A DNA stretch of 64,000 nucleotides. Source: Octopus vulgaris (lineage: Eukaryota). The notes under the pieces are model-generated. The model did no database searches and had not been told where the DNA came from. It saw nothing but the letters and a program-made list of their open reading frames with translations. Within the stretch, counting starts at the first letter, position 1. Every line of letters starts with the position of its first letter. Where the stretch lies: assembly GCA_951406725.2 (NCBI GenBank), contig OX597836.1, forward strand, positions 30,194,001-30,258,000. The letters run 5' to 3'. The position numbers were made by a program, and so were the translations under genes. Positions 38,660 to 52,755 of this stretch are shown one piece after another.

Positions 38660-38754
38660 ACAAAAGCATTTTCTAAACTGCTGTTTTATGCATTTTAGGA
38701 TTAACCAACAAATGTAGATATTAGTGTAAGCTTTGGGTTTTCTCATTTTACAAA

Positions 38755-39175
38755 TACTCTTTACTCTTTACGCTCTTTTACTTGTTTCAGTCATCTGACT
38801 GCGGCCATGCTGGAGCACCGCCTTTAGTCGAACAAATTGACCCTGGGACTTATTCTTTGTAAGCCCAGTACTAATTTTATCGCTCTCTTTTGCCGAACCA
38901 CTAAGTGACGGCGACGTAAACACACCGGCATCGGTTGTCAAGCAATGCTAGGGGGACAAACACAGACACACAAACATACACACACACACACATATATATA
39001 TATACATATATACGACGGGCTTCTTTCAGTTTCCGTCTACCAAATCCACTCACAAGGCTTTGGTTGGCCCGAGGCTATAGTAGATGGCACTTGCCCAAGA
39101 TGCTATGAAGTGGGACTGAACCCGGAACCATGTGGTTGGTAAGCAAGCTACTTACCACACAGCCACTCCTGCACC
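38755..39175 (-). mobile_element. Full-length SINE family A
   Basis: Reverse complement of 12323-12738. Confidence 0.9.
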
Positions 39176-40270
39176 TGGTACTTTTTATTAAAAAGGGTCA
39201 GATTTCATCCAAAATACACGGGATATTTCTTGTTAGCTTTCAATATGTAAATGAGAAGTTTACAAGTTCCCTTCTTGATATTTATTCTTGCTACTTGGTA
39301 CACGATTTTCTGGAGCCTCAGCTGTGTAAGTGTAGGTGCGGCCCTGAAGTAAGAAGTTAGCTTCCTAACCACAGGGTTCCAGGTTCAGTCTCACTGCATA
39401 GCACCTTGGACATGTGTCTTCTTTTACCGGCCTGGGCTGACCAAAGTCTTGAGTGGATTTGGTAGATAGAAACTGAAAGAAGTCTATCATGTGTGTGTAT
39501 GTGTGTAATGTCTTTGTATTTGTCCCTCACCATCACTTGCTAACCAGTGTTTATTTATGCCTCCATAACACAATTGTTCAGGACATGCTTTAAAAATAAG
39601 TCAGGGGCAAGGTGGGGAGGCTCAATTCATTCAACTAAAACCCTTTAAGGCAGTGCCCCAGAATGGCTGAAGTCTAGGAACTGAAACAAATAAAAGAGAC
39701 TGTTAATTTCCCAGCATGAATCTCAGAAGATTCTAATCAAACCATATTTTCTGCACATCACAGATTTTCAAGAACATTAACTGCACCGATTTCTCCATTT
39801 CCAGAGACCATATGAAGACCATGGCCTTCTCTCCAGACCAAAATGTTAGTAAACAGCATTAAGTTTCTAGTGTTAATGTCTAAATTCTAATGATTATTAT
39901 TTTTTTTTTTGTCAGTTACTTTCCTTAGATTAGCTCATTTAGGAATTCATCTCTCACAAGAATACATTCTACTCAAGAATTACAAGAGGTTTAGTGAGGT
40001 AACTAGTATTTAATTTGATAATCATAGTCACAAGGCCACATCATCATTATCATCATTATCATTTTATGGTTCACTTTTCTATGACCGCATGAGCTGGATA
40101 CAATTCTTGAGGCAGATTTTCAATGAACAGATGCCCTTCCTGTTGTCAACCCTCAGCTATTTCCAAGTAATGTAATATTTCATCATAACCCAACATGTTT
40201 TCATGGAAGACTGGGAAGGAAGGACACTACTATCACATTATGTCAAGGCAAGGAAAAAGTATCTCTCTCA

Positions 40271-40313
<43 letters not shown>

Positions 40314-41029
40314 GACAAGCTTCTTTTAGTTTCTAACTACCAAGTCCACTCATAGAGCTTTGGTCAACTCAGGGCTATAGTAGAAGACACTTGCTCAAGA
40401 TGCCACACAGTAGGATTGAACCCATAATTATGTGGTTGGAAAACAAACTCTTACCCCACAGCTCTGCTTGCATTTCCACACATCTCTGCTTGTGCCAAGT
40501 CACACTTAAACAAGGCCAGAAATTAAAGACAAAAAATGGTTATTAAACAAGGCCAGAAATTTAAGACAAAAATGGTTAGTCAATTATGGGGCACTATAAA
40601 CTCAGGAAGAATAAAGGACAAAGCTGAGCTCAGCACAGTTTGAACTCAAAAGATAAAGGACCAGAACAAATACCACACTATGCTAGCAGCATTCTGCCAT
40701 TCTACCACCCAGCCATTACCAGTCCAACACCCTAACTTTTAACTTAATAACAAGAAAGAAAGATTTTTACTTATTGAAATTTAATCTTATCTTTCATGTA
40801 ATAATGAGATTTTAGTCCAAGATTTGAATTTAATTTAAATTTTAATTTGAACATTTTAATAGAGGCAGTTTTATGCAGGTTGATGTTGAAACTATTAACT
40901 AAATCTTATATATCAGTGCTAGTAATATTGAATATCAGTTATATTAAAATATTACTGTTTCCATTCTGGAAAGCAACATGAAATACAATAAGAAATTTAT
41001 TGAGAGAAAAGTCAGCTAATCATTTTGAA

Positions 41030-42420
41030 ACAAACAGTCTTCTGAATATTTTATGGAAGAGATTTCAAGAAGATATTTCATTGCAAAAAGCCAGAACTCT
41101 TCTACTGAAATTGGTAGCACTTGCACCAGGACAATGCAGCAGTCCACAATTCCATCCTGGTAATCAACAACTTAGCAGAGTTGGGCATCAAAACTGTTCA
41201 TCACTCTCTCTACAGTCCAGACCTTGCTCCCTTTGACCTTTGTTTCTTCCCAAAGCTGAAGGAAAATCTCATTGGCATTTAATTTTAAGACTAACTTAAC
41301 CCTTTAGTGTTCAGATTATTCTGTCAAATGTGATGTTTGTTTATTTAAAATGGTTTGAATTAATCATGCATTATCTTGTAGAGATTTCAGTGATGTGATT
41401 TTTTAAGTTTTAGAATGACATGGTAAGGCTGAGATGAGAGGCAAGACCTGGTCTGTTTCAATAAAAAACAGGTTAAATATTTTGGCCAGATATGGCCGGT
41501 TTGAATGCTAAAGGGTTAAGGTGACCCACTCTATGCATGGGTGAGGGTGTGGTTGTTACTTTCTGTTTCTTATCCCCACATTCTCCCTCTTTGTTTCTCT
41601 CTCCTTTCTCTCTCACTTTTTCACTCTCTTACTCTTACTTTCTCTCGGACTCTCCCTCGCTTTCTCTTACGTGTGCACGTAAAATCACAAAAATAATTCA
41701 AAATTACTTAAAATTTTGTGAAATTTGATACTTTTTTCTGATATATTTTGACAGTTCATAATGCAAATGAAAGCTAAAATTTTGGCCTTTAATACAATGC
41801 TATTTTTACCCATGTCAACCAAATAATGCAAACAGAAAAAAATTAAATAAAAAAATAGGGCAAAAATGTACTCTATTTAAAAGTTGAAAAATTTTACTCC
41901 CCTCTCCAAAATCCCCCAAATTTTTACACTCACAATTAAAGATAACCGCCTCTTGCCCCTGCAGCAACACAAAAAGCCACCATTATTCAAACAGCGCAAC
42001 CTGTCTATCCCATAAAACTCAATTTTTCCCATATTCCTCACCATGGCAACCAAATGGTAGCCCCAAGTGACTTGCAACCCTCCTCACACCATTGCCCACC
42101 CCAGTGTAAATTTTGGCACCAATCCGACCCCATCTACGACCCCTTCAACCATTCCCATCCCAAAATGAGACAAATAACCAAGAAATCAAACAACTTTTTT
42201 GCATTTCAGCTTTATAAATATTGATGGAAGAGGCTGTGACAAGGGCCCTGAACACCCTCACCTTTGGAGGACTTTCATAGAATTTTCCCAAAGCGGCTGA
42301 AGTGCTACAACATGTACATTAAAGTCAGAGTATCCTACTTTGAAGGAAATTAATATTTTGTGCTTCTTTGAAATTAATGTCTCTCCTGAGAAAGTCTCAA
42401 AACCTCTGGAATGCACATTG
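41030..42420 (+). mobile_element. Decayed mariner transposase C-terminal half split by a ~930-bp insertion
   Basis: LHQDNAAVHNS...YSPDLAPFDLCFFPKLKENL (about 41120-41270) resumes at about 42223 as MEEAVTRALNTL...SYFEGN*. Confidence 0.8.
41289..42224 (+). mobile_element. Helentron/DINE-like non-autonomous element containing a P1 MITE (41296-41519)
   Basis: 5' hairpin gacccac-tctatgc-atgggt, subterminal gtgtaaattttggcaccaatccg, 3' end cagctttataaatattgat; interrupts the mariner. Confidence 0.5.
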
Positions 42421-42451
42421 CATGTCTGCATGCATACATACATACATACAT

Positions 42452-42805
42452 AGGTACAGATTCCCTCTTTAATCTCCTTTCTGAAGATGGAGGCTCGTAT
42501 TATCTGATGACGGAATCAATTTACAATCATTATTTTGGACCAGCAAGCCCCCCCAGAAACAGCTGTTGGACACATAAAACTCTTATTCAACCCCTTTAAT
42601 TCTTGATATCATCTCTATTCTACGTAGGTTGAGCCTTTTTATATGTAAATGTTTGTACATTTTTGTATTAAATGTATTTAATATCTTTTGTATATCAACT
42701 TGCCGAATCTGTTTGTCCTTACATTTAATCCTCTACCTGCTCAAGTTTAAATCTCTTGAGCACTATGAAGTGCATTCTATTCAGAGAATATGTCTCTCAT
42801 CTATA
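42452..42805 (+). mobile_element. Penelope-like pLTR fragment with hammerhead-like motif (about 42474-42570)
   Basis: CTGAAGA-TGGAGGCT...AGCCCCCCCA-GAAA-CAGCTG-TT; palindromic ACAGCTGT helix III; microsatellites on both sides. Confidence 0.5.
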
Positions 42806-42834
42806 AAACATACACACACACACACATATGTATA

Positions 42835-43144
42835 TGCCTCGACTGGCTTCCATGTCGGTGGCACGTAAAAAGCACCATCCGAATTGTGGCCGAAGCCAGT
42901 GCCGCCTCGACTGGCTTCCATGACGGTGGCACGTAAAATGCACCAATTCCAACTGTGGCACGTAAAAAGCACCCACTACACTCACGGAGTGGTTGGCGTT
43001 AGGAAGGGCATCCAGCTGTAGAAACATTGCCAGATAAGACCGGAGCCTGGTGCAGCCTTCTGGCTTCCCAGATCCCCGGTCGAACCGTCCAACCCATGCT
43101 AGCATGGAGAACGGACGTTAAACGATGATGATGATGATGATGAT
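42835..43144 (+). mobile_element. RTE 3'UTR fragment (family C), young copy with three tandem units
   Basis: gtggcacgtaaaa(a/t)gcacc x3; (GAT)n tail. Confidence 0.85.
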
Positions 43145-44917
43145 GTATATGTGTGTAAATAGCTTTGGACTTCCACCAGAGTTTCTTCAGGCTTATTTTC
43201 ATTCAAAAATAGGCTGAAAATAACAACAACCATATGCTTGATAGACTAATAGACAAGCTGAGCAGCTAAATTCCCTAAAATAACTCTTATATAGACTTGG
43301 CGATAATTATACACATAATGCAAATCTTTGACTTTGTTAAGGAATACCTATTACACAGAAAAATTAAGTGTGCGTGGATGTGTGTATAAAAATTTATATA
43401 TATATATATTACAAAATATAGTTTTTGATTGCAATTGATAAATTGATTAAAATGTATATCAATGAATCCAGTGAACCAATAGAACAGTCTGAAATGTAAT
43501 TTGTAAACACTTAAGCATTCCATTAGATCTAGGCAGCGATCTTATACATCACAGTGTAATTGGGAGGTTCTCGGTTTGAAAGCCAATATATAAAATGCAT
43601 AAAACTGTAGATATAGATGTATCTAATCCATTAATGACTTGGATATATTTCTAAGTGTCTAATTTCATTGCACCAAAGATATATAAAATTTCAAAAAATA
43701 AAAAACAAAAAGAAAAAAAAAACTTATGAAACTGAAGAGAATTAAATTAGCTTTTGCATTATATTAAACTCCTATTGAGCAACAAATTGTCTCTTAATAG
43801 TTTTGCTTTAAAAGCTTATGTTTCTTCCAACAATTTTGTCTTTCCTTATTTTCATCCTCTTTCAATATACAATCTAAGTGAATTTCATCTTCACCGCTCT
43901 CTAACTCTCATCACAGATACATAACTGCTACAAGTCCAGCAACATCAGTCTTAATAGCAGGTTTTTACTGCTAAATCAAGCTATCCTACTATTCATAACA
44001 TGCCAGCTGGAACCTGTTCAAAAGTTCATTTGCTAACATTGTGCCAATTTCTCACTGCTAAACAGAGTTGCATGCTAGCTTTCCAAAATAAAACATTATG
44101 TAAATAAATAACATTACAGGTTCATAACATGCAAGCACAAACTTAAAACTGAAACCAATTTTCTAACAGATGTCATCTCCAGTGTGCACCAGTTTACTCT
44201 TGATATAAACACAACGAACCCAAATTGATAATAAATGAATTAAATAGGATTTAAAGCATGAAATAAACTAAGATATTTTGGATAACAAATTAGCTTTGTT
44301 CTCGCAAATAAATTTTCATCACAAAAATATGTAGTTACTTCATGTTTCACAGGCCCCTTGTGAACATATTTCTAATAAAAATACACCATGTGTTTCAATA
44401 ATGTTGAAATATTATCAAAAATTTCGAAGGGTTTATTAAAATAACGAACTTCCCAGTTATTAAGTTGATGCTTGGAACATAATTGAAAAGGTTGTTATAT
44501 AAAATCATGATGGAAGATATTAAATTTATATAGGAACGCTTTAAAATGAGAGGTGCGTGTGTGTGCCATAGATAGGTTATTATCAAAAAGGGTTTTAATA
44601 GCTTGAAATATTTTAGAAAATAATGAAAGTTGGGATTTGGGCAAGAAGCACAAAAGGACATAGTAAAGTAAATAAAATTCATTCCCAAGACATAAAAAAA
44701 TACTGTAAAATCAAGATTTTCAATGCAAATTAATATTAAGCATTAGAAGCACTAATTTCTAACAACAAAGAAACAAACTCACTAATGGAATTCAATCCAC
44801 CACCATGCATGTATATATACACACAAAGATATTTCTAAGCATACATATGCAAACATATATGCACACATAAATACACACATGCACATGTGTGTAAACTAAT
44901 ATATATGTGTATGTATG

Positions 44918-44955
<38 letters not shown>

Positions 44956-45109
44956 AACACATACATACATAAATACATACATACACACATAAAGGTACCC
45001 AGCCATAGAAGCCATATCAAAATAGACGGTAGAGAAAGAAGCAGCCCTTGGACCTGTCAGATCCTGTGAAACCATCAAACCCATGTCAGAATGGAACTTG
45101 GATATTAAA

Positions 45110-45697
45110 TGAGAATGAGGTGCCACTCCCAAACAGTTGAAGGAATCTGAAGTAGAGTTAGACCCAGGAAGACATGAGATGAAGTGGTCAAGCATGACCT
45201 TCGAACGCTGGGCCTCACAGAGGCAATGATGAAAGACCGAGACCTCTGGAGATATGCTGTGACTGCGAAGACCCGGCAAATAACATGAGTTCATGGCTTT
45301 ATCCTACACCAGTTTCACATGACCAGCCCCAGCCCATTCGAAAGTACCTTGGATCGTAGGGCAACCTGTTGTACTTGAGGAGACCTATTGAGTCAAGTAC
45401 ATCAACATCAAAACGAAAATCAAATGGAAATTGTAGTTGTGATACCCATGCCGGTGGCACATAAAAAACACCAATTGATTATGGCCACTGCCAGCCTCCT
45501 CTGGCCCCTGTGCCGGTGGCATGTAAAAAGTACCCACTAAACTCACAGAGTGGTTGGCGTTAGGAATGGCATCCAGCTGTAGAAACACTGCCAAATCAAG
45601 ATTGGAGCCTGGTGCAGCCATCTGGTTTGCCAGTCCTCAGTCAAATCATCCAACCCATGCTAGCATGGAAAATGGACGGTAAACAATGATGATGATG
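45110..45697 (+). mobile_element. RTE LINE 3' end: ORF2 C-terminus contiguous with the family C 3'UTR
   Basis: RPRKT*DEVVKHDLRTLGLTEAMMKDRDLWRYAV, then family C sequence to gatgatgatg. Confidence 0.85.
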
Positions 45698-46015
45698 AAA
45701 TATTACAAAAACACACACACATACATACACACTCTCACAGACAAATACATACTGCATATACACATATATGCCCACACAAAGACTACATACCCACATATAT
45801 ACACAAACACATATACATAAACATTATAGATACACATATATGCCTACACATATCCATATATGTATATATATTGTTTGTTTTTATGCAATGTGATATATTA
45901 AATTTTAATATTAAATTGGAAGATCAATTACTTTACAAGAGGAAGGCTGACAGAAACTTTGAAGTTTCAGCTTATTTGTCATCATCACTTTGATATAAAA
46001 TAAATATATACGAAA

Positions 46016-46426
46016 GAGTGGCTGTGTGGTAAGTAGCTTGCTTACGAACCACATGGTTCTGGGTTCAGTCCCACTGTGTGGCATCTTGGGCAAGTGTCCT
46101 CTACTATAGCCTCGGGCCGACCAAAGCCTTGTGAGTGGATTTGGTAGACGGAAACTGAAAGAAGCCCGTCGTATATATGTATATATATGTATGTATGTGT
46201 GTGTATATGTTTGTGTGTCTGTGTTTGTCCCTCTAGCATTGCTTGACAACCGATGCTGGTGTGTTTATGTCTCCGTTACTTAGCAGTTCGGCAAAAGAGA
46301 CCGATAGAATAAGTACTGGGCTTACAAAAGAATAAGTCCCGGGGTCGAGTTGCTCGATTAAAGGCGGTGCTCCAGCATGGCCGCAGTCAAATGACTGAAA
46401 CAAGTAAAAAAGAGAGGAAAAGAGAG
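46016..46426 (+). mobile_element. SINE family A
   Basis: High similarity to 12323-12738. Confidence 0.9.
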
Positions 46427-48308
46427 ATACATAGGCACAGGAGTGGCTGTGCGGTCAGAAGCTTGCATCCCAACCACACAGGTAATTTCAGCTAGGTTCT
46501 ACTACCACTACCTTTACATTTTTATTTTCTATTCATCTTCCTTTCCTCTTTTTCCACTCTTCTATATTCCAAAGAAAGACAATATCTGAAATACCATTAA
46601 CTTTTTCCACTTCTTTGTGCAGCAACCTAAAAATTTTGATTGGGAACCCATCCTATCTTTCCTTTTTTTTCTTTTCATATGTGTATGTGCACATGTATGA
46701 GTGCGCGTGCACATGTGTGTGTGTGTGTGAACATTTGTTTGTGTGCAGCGATATTAAACCTTATAAGTACCATCATGCAAGTGGTGTCCATTTTCAAACT
46801 TCCTAGACACACCCGGTCACAGTGAAATATTACCTTACATGGGAACAGGTGAGGGTTGGCGACATGAAGGGCAGCTGGCTGGAGAAAATCTGCCTCAACA
46901 AACCCATGTGAGCATGGAAAAGTGGTTGATGATGATGATGATGATTTTGACACAGAAAAGAGAAACAGAGTAACTACCAAATCATGAACCCCATGTCTAT
47001 CATTTGCTATGTGACTATGCTACCAATTACTTTACGCTGTAGTACCTCAAACATGAGTATTTTTTGTAACTGTTACTGATACGATATAAGTTTACAGAAG
47101 CTGCTGGCATTGGTATGTAGTTAAGAAGTTTGATTATTAACCACACAGCTCTGGTTTCAACTCCACTGCATAGTAAAATGGACAAGTCGAACAATATTGA
47201 AGAATAAAATATGTGCATTGCATACATACATATCTCCAAGCTTGTATTTAAGCATCCCAACTTATATTCCAACAGTAGAGAAGTCCAAAGATATTTTTCA
47301 TAAGCACTCTCAGATAGATATTATTTCTCAGTAATATTTAACCCCTTTTAGCATTTAAACTAGCTATATCAAACTCAAATATTCCACCTGCTTTATATTT
47401 AAACTAACCAGATCTAGCCTCTTACGCCTACCCTACAATGTCATTCTAAAAGCAAACGATCACATCATTAAAATGTTAAAGCCATGAGATAATGCATGAT
47501 TAACTCCAAACAGGGTATAAAAATAAGCATTACATTTGACAGAGAAATCCGAACGCTAAAGAGTTGACAGAACTGCTTCACTCATTTGTCCATTGCTGGT
47601 CAGTCTGTGTAGCAATATAAATATTGCTATACAGACTTGCAATATCAGCAACTTTAGAACACTGAATGGTGAAATGAATAACTGCTCTTTACTTCAACAG
47701 TACTAACAAAGTGAATAGTCAGCAAAACATTTAAATGTCCCACGGGGTAACTTGTGATAAATATTCCATGTTTTCTTTGATGTTCATTCTTCTTTCTTTA
47801 GCTGATAAACATTTAACATCACAGTACCAACTACTCATGCACTTTCAAAGATTAAACAGCATGGCCTAGATAAACTAAAATTGTATTGCTTCGGTGCACC
47901 TCAGCAATACAATTGTATATATATTTGGGTCTGACATGTTACACTCTGCAACTAATTTATTACGCTTGGAATTTCAGTCTATATAAACGGCTTCCTTTAA
48001 AACTTTGGCATTCAGATTCATGCAATGCTTATTTATTTGCATTCCTTTAAATTAATCATGCACTATAATCATAGCTTCAAGATTTTGATGATGTGATAGT
48101 TTATTTTCAAAACGGTATTGTAGGGTAGGTGTGAGAGGTCAGATCAAACCATTTTGAAGATAAAACAGGTAGAAAATTTTGGCTGGATATGCTTAGTTTA
48201 AACGCTAAAGAGTTAAAGAAAATTGTCCACTTCTATACATTTTGATAGCCAGTATTTTCAGGAGTGCTGACGAAGGATCCAGCTTGGATTTATTAATCCC
48301 CTTGTGTG

Positions 48309-48376
<68 letters not shown>

Positions 48377-48865
48377 ATAATGATAGTAAGGATTATTACG
48401 AAGTGCATAGCATTACCATTAATTCTTTTAGTATATATACAGCTTTACCTAGAACTACATACACACACACACATAACATATATAACCAAAGCCTTGTGAG
48501 TAGATTTGGTAGACAGAAACTAAAAGAAGCCTGTTGTATATACATATATGTTGACTGTGTGTGTGTGTGTGTTTTGTGTCTATGTTTGTCTCCCCCCCAC
48601 TCACTGCTTGACCACCAGTGCTGGTGCGTTTACATCCCTGTAACTTAGCGATTCAACAAAAGAGACTGATGGAATAAGTACTAGGCTTAACAAATAAGTA
48701 CTGGGGTCGATTTATTCAACTAAAACCTTTCAAGGCAGTGCTCCATCATGGCCACAGTCAGATGACTGAAACAAGTAAAAGAATATATATATAATATACT
48801 ATAATATTACATTATATATATATTTATTATATAATGTCATAAATTATATAATATTATATTATATA

Positions 48866-49100
48866 GGGCGGCGAGCTGGTAGAATCGTTAGCACGCCAAG
48901 CGAAATGCTTAGCAGTATTTCGCCTACCATTATGTTCTGAGTTCAAATTCCACCGAGGTCCAACTTTGCTTTTCATCTTTTTGGGGTCAATTAAATAAGT
49001 ACCAGTTATGCACTAGGGTCGGTATAATCGACTTAATCCTTTTGTCTGACCTTGTTCATCCCCTCTATGTTTAGCCCCCTGTGGGCAATAAAGAAATAAA
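48866..49100 (+). mobile_element. Family B SINE (full head, sense)
   Basis: ggcggcgagctggtagaatcgttag...gagttcaaattcc...gggcaataaagaaataa. Confidence 0.88.
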
Positions 49101-49844
49101 TACTATATTACATGTCATATTATATAATATACTATTATATCATACATACGCATCTATTATATATCATATAAAATATCATATACGTATAAATATAGATAAA
49201 TAAATAAAAGTAATTGTCAATGTGACACTGGAAATTATATACACACACTTTTACGATGTGGTTAATAGCATGGAAAATTACAGTCTAATCACAGTGTGTG
49301 TTTAAAATAGAGATACAATAACTTCACAAAGCAACTTCTTTATCTTCCATCACAATTCCATTGGTATCTAGTGTGCATTAGAGGAATATAAATTGACACC
49401 AGCACTTTGTTTTACTTTGATTTAATGACTCTGCAAGGATGAAAGACAAAGCTAACCTTGGTGGATTTGAACTGAGAATGTAAAGGGCTGTAACTAAAAT
49501 ACTATGTAATAAAATATGTTTTTTTTTTTTTTTTTTTAATATTTAATCAAAAGAGGAGGAGCAACATCCTGACCCTTTAGAAGAGTCACTCCTACCTGCA
49601 CTGGTGAAACTAATGAGCTTGACAGCATTCAGTTTAAATTTCTGTGGCTGGAAGCTTGCAGGAAACATGTGAACAATGTGGGGGGAGGAGGGGGGGGGGG
49701 GGAAGATTCAGATACTGATAGGGTGAAAATTTCATCAGAATTTAATGAGGATGAAACACACCAATTAAGATGAGAAAGTGAGCTCCGGCATTAGTGGATG
49801 TGCAGATTACCAATTCAGAAGAGCTAGACAAAATGAAAGGAAAA

Positions 49845-49901
<57 letters not shown>

Positions 49902-50056
49902 AAGAGAGAGTTGTGGTTAAACAAATACTTGCGCGTAATTTAGTGCAGGTTAACCCTGTTCGAGCAGTCTTATGATAAGACATTTCAGCCATGACCATCC
50001 TAGAAAATTACTATTTGTAAATCTCATAATGAGAGATATTCAGCAACAGTACTTTG

Positions 50057-50288
50057 GAGTAAAGATTATTTGCCAAAATAACATGGCAGTCCTGGTTTAG
50101 GACGAATGTTACTGTAATTTAACCCCAGGAGACATCGTCTCCAGCTAGCTATACGACACAATCTGTGTCCTTATATTTTCGAAAATATAAGGACAGAGAT
50201 AGTGTCACATAGCCAGCTGGAGCTAAATTACAGCAACATTCGTCCTAAACCAGAACTGCCATGTTATGTTGGCAAATAATCTTTGCTC
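50057..50288. repeat. ~230-bp near-perfect palindrome (foldback MITE-like)
   Basis: Centre tgtccttatattttc|gaaaatataaggaca at 50180/50181; arms pair out to gagtaaagat/atctttgctc. Confidence 0.9.
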
Positions 50289-51086
50289 TATGACCAGCCT
50301 ATCACTTATCAGATATAATGTATATTGGATAAGATTATCCATTATGTCCTTTTTAAGGGGTAATTTGATGAACAACCACAAAAAAGCTCTCACACAGTCA
50401 CGTCTGAATGAAGTGTATGTTAACAACGTTTATTGCCAATTTATACTGGGTAAAAAGAATTAAAAATAATGATTTGCTACTTCTATTATTATTTAACCCA
50501 AGGTCACGCCTGATATATCACGCCTATATCCAAAGACATAACAGTCATGATCACCCTTTTTAGTCATAGCATACCCAAGACTACATTATCCAATGTATTC
50601 TTAGAGGTGCAGAAATGCACTTGCTGGCTTGCCTCTACAATACTTCTAACATTTCAAGGATATAATTCCATTGGGTTATATATATATATATATATCATGT
50701 TATATATATACATATATATATCATGTTATATATCATTCTACAAGGATAGGGTGGTTGGGTGTAACCCGAATCGAAGTTGGGATTTATTTGAATCAGGATT
50801 AGGCATTCATGTAGAGGCAACCTCGTTGATGTGTCTCTATAATGTTTAGAATGCTTCAAGGATTCCACTTGGATTATACATTCTGAGAGGATATTTTGAT
50901 ATATTTTAGTGGAAGAAATGGGAACAGTAATGAAGTACAACAGTAAACTGTCACATTAAAAGGAAAATCGAAATGAAACGAGAGACATTTATATCTATTA
51001 CTTGTATTACATTTAAAGAATGAATTACTACCAAGAGGAACAGAGTGGATCAAGGAGGGAGTATGAAAGGCTTAGGGGATTTTATA

Positions 51087-51135
<49 letters not shown>

Positions 51136-51205
51136 ACATATATGCATTCACATATATTTATGTATATATGTGAATGTGCGTGCATATGTATATGTATGTA
51201 TGTAT

Positions 51206-51236
<31 letters not shown>

Positions 51237-52367
51237 CATATATACACACACATATAAATAAAAAGAAACAGTCATGACTGTGTGGTTAAGAAGTTCACTT
51301 TGCAAACATACGGTTTCAGGTTCAGTCCCACAGTGTGCAACCTTCAGAATGTGTCATCTACTCTAGCCCAGGGTCATTCACAGTTGCATCAGTAGATTTT
51401 GTGGACAGAAACTGAAAGAAGCCTGTTGCATATGCCTATACATATACACACAAACATATACATGCATATGTTTGTGTGTGTGTATGTATGTATGATAGTG
51501 TATCTTAATGTTTCCTTGTTGTCAAATGTATGTTCATATGTCTTTGTCTTGAAATCACAGCTTAATTATAAACAAACATTACCATTGAAGAAACATTATC
51601 ATTCATTTGCTATCTTTCAGGAAAAGATGTCCAACTACAGCCTGTTCATGTTCAATGGACTTAAGGAAATAGCATCTTGCATGAAGACAACCATCTGTTG
51701 TTTACAGGAAGAGCATCTGGCTGCAGAAAATCTGCCTAAAAGAATTTGGTAATGCAAGTCGGTCTGTTTTTCATGGCAAAAACTAAATACATGACCATCA
51801 ATGAAGATGAAAGCTATTTATCAATAAGTTCTAACAACAGGACTTCGCCCCCCCCCAACAGTCCTTAAACAAGAAGAACGCTTGATAATGTGATCCTTGG
51901 TCCACTGTGCATAAGAAAAAAAAAAGTTAGGATGCTCATGGATGGAGTGCCTTTGTAGGTCTGCTCAGTCAGTAGTGATTCATGGACTGAAAACAGTTTC
52001 ATGCAAAAGACTACCTTGGGTTCTTTATAGCTGACACAAAGAAAGACTTCCGAAAATGCAAGGGACAAACCTAGATTGCATGTAACAAGCTTTAGGACAT
52101 TTGGCAAGCAAGTATTTTCCAAGTGAATAAGATTGGTTTTCTTCAAAGCATGAGTAGAGAGCAGTCTCTTGTATGGTGCCATTAGTCTTCTCATGAAGGC
52201 TCAAAATGTCTCATGGCATGAGCACAAGGCCAGAGAAATTTATGGACACATTCCACTTATTTCTACTGTTGTTGCTCAATGCAGAATAGGATCTGCAAGC
52301 TACTGCTATTTATACTGAACAACAAGCCACATTAGATTTCATATTTTGAAAACTTCCACAGCTTTTA

Positions 52368-52755
52368 GGCGCAGGAGTGGCTGTGTGGTAAGTAGCCTGC
52401 TTACCAACCATATGGTTCCGGGTTCAGTCCCACTGCGTGACATCTTGGGCAAGTGTCTTCTACTATAGCCTCAGGCCGACCAAAGCCTTGTGAGTGGATT
52501 TGGTAGATGGAAACTGAAAGAAGCCCGTCGTATATATGTATATATATATATGTGTGTGTGCATGTTTGTGTGTCTGTGTTTGTCCCCCTAGCATTGCTTG
52601 ACAACCGATGCTGGTGTGTTTACGTCCCCGTTCGGCAAAAGAGACCGATAGAATAAGTACTGGGCTTACAAAGAATAAGTCCCGGGTCGATTTGCTCGAC
52701 TAAAGGCAGTGCTCCAGCATGGCCGCAGTCAAAGGACTGAAACAAGTAAAAGAGT
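52368..52755 (+). mobile_element. SINE family A
   Basis: Near full-length copy. Confidence 0.9.

Noticed and set aside
42857-42975. Repeat-spacer pattern resembling a CRISPR array
   Set aside because: Only 2-3 units, spacers related between copies, inside a LINE 3'UTR, eukaryotic context, no cas genes.
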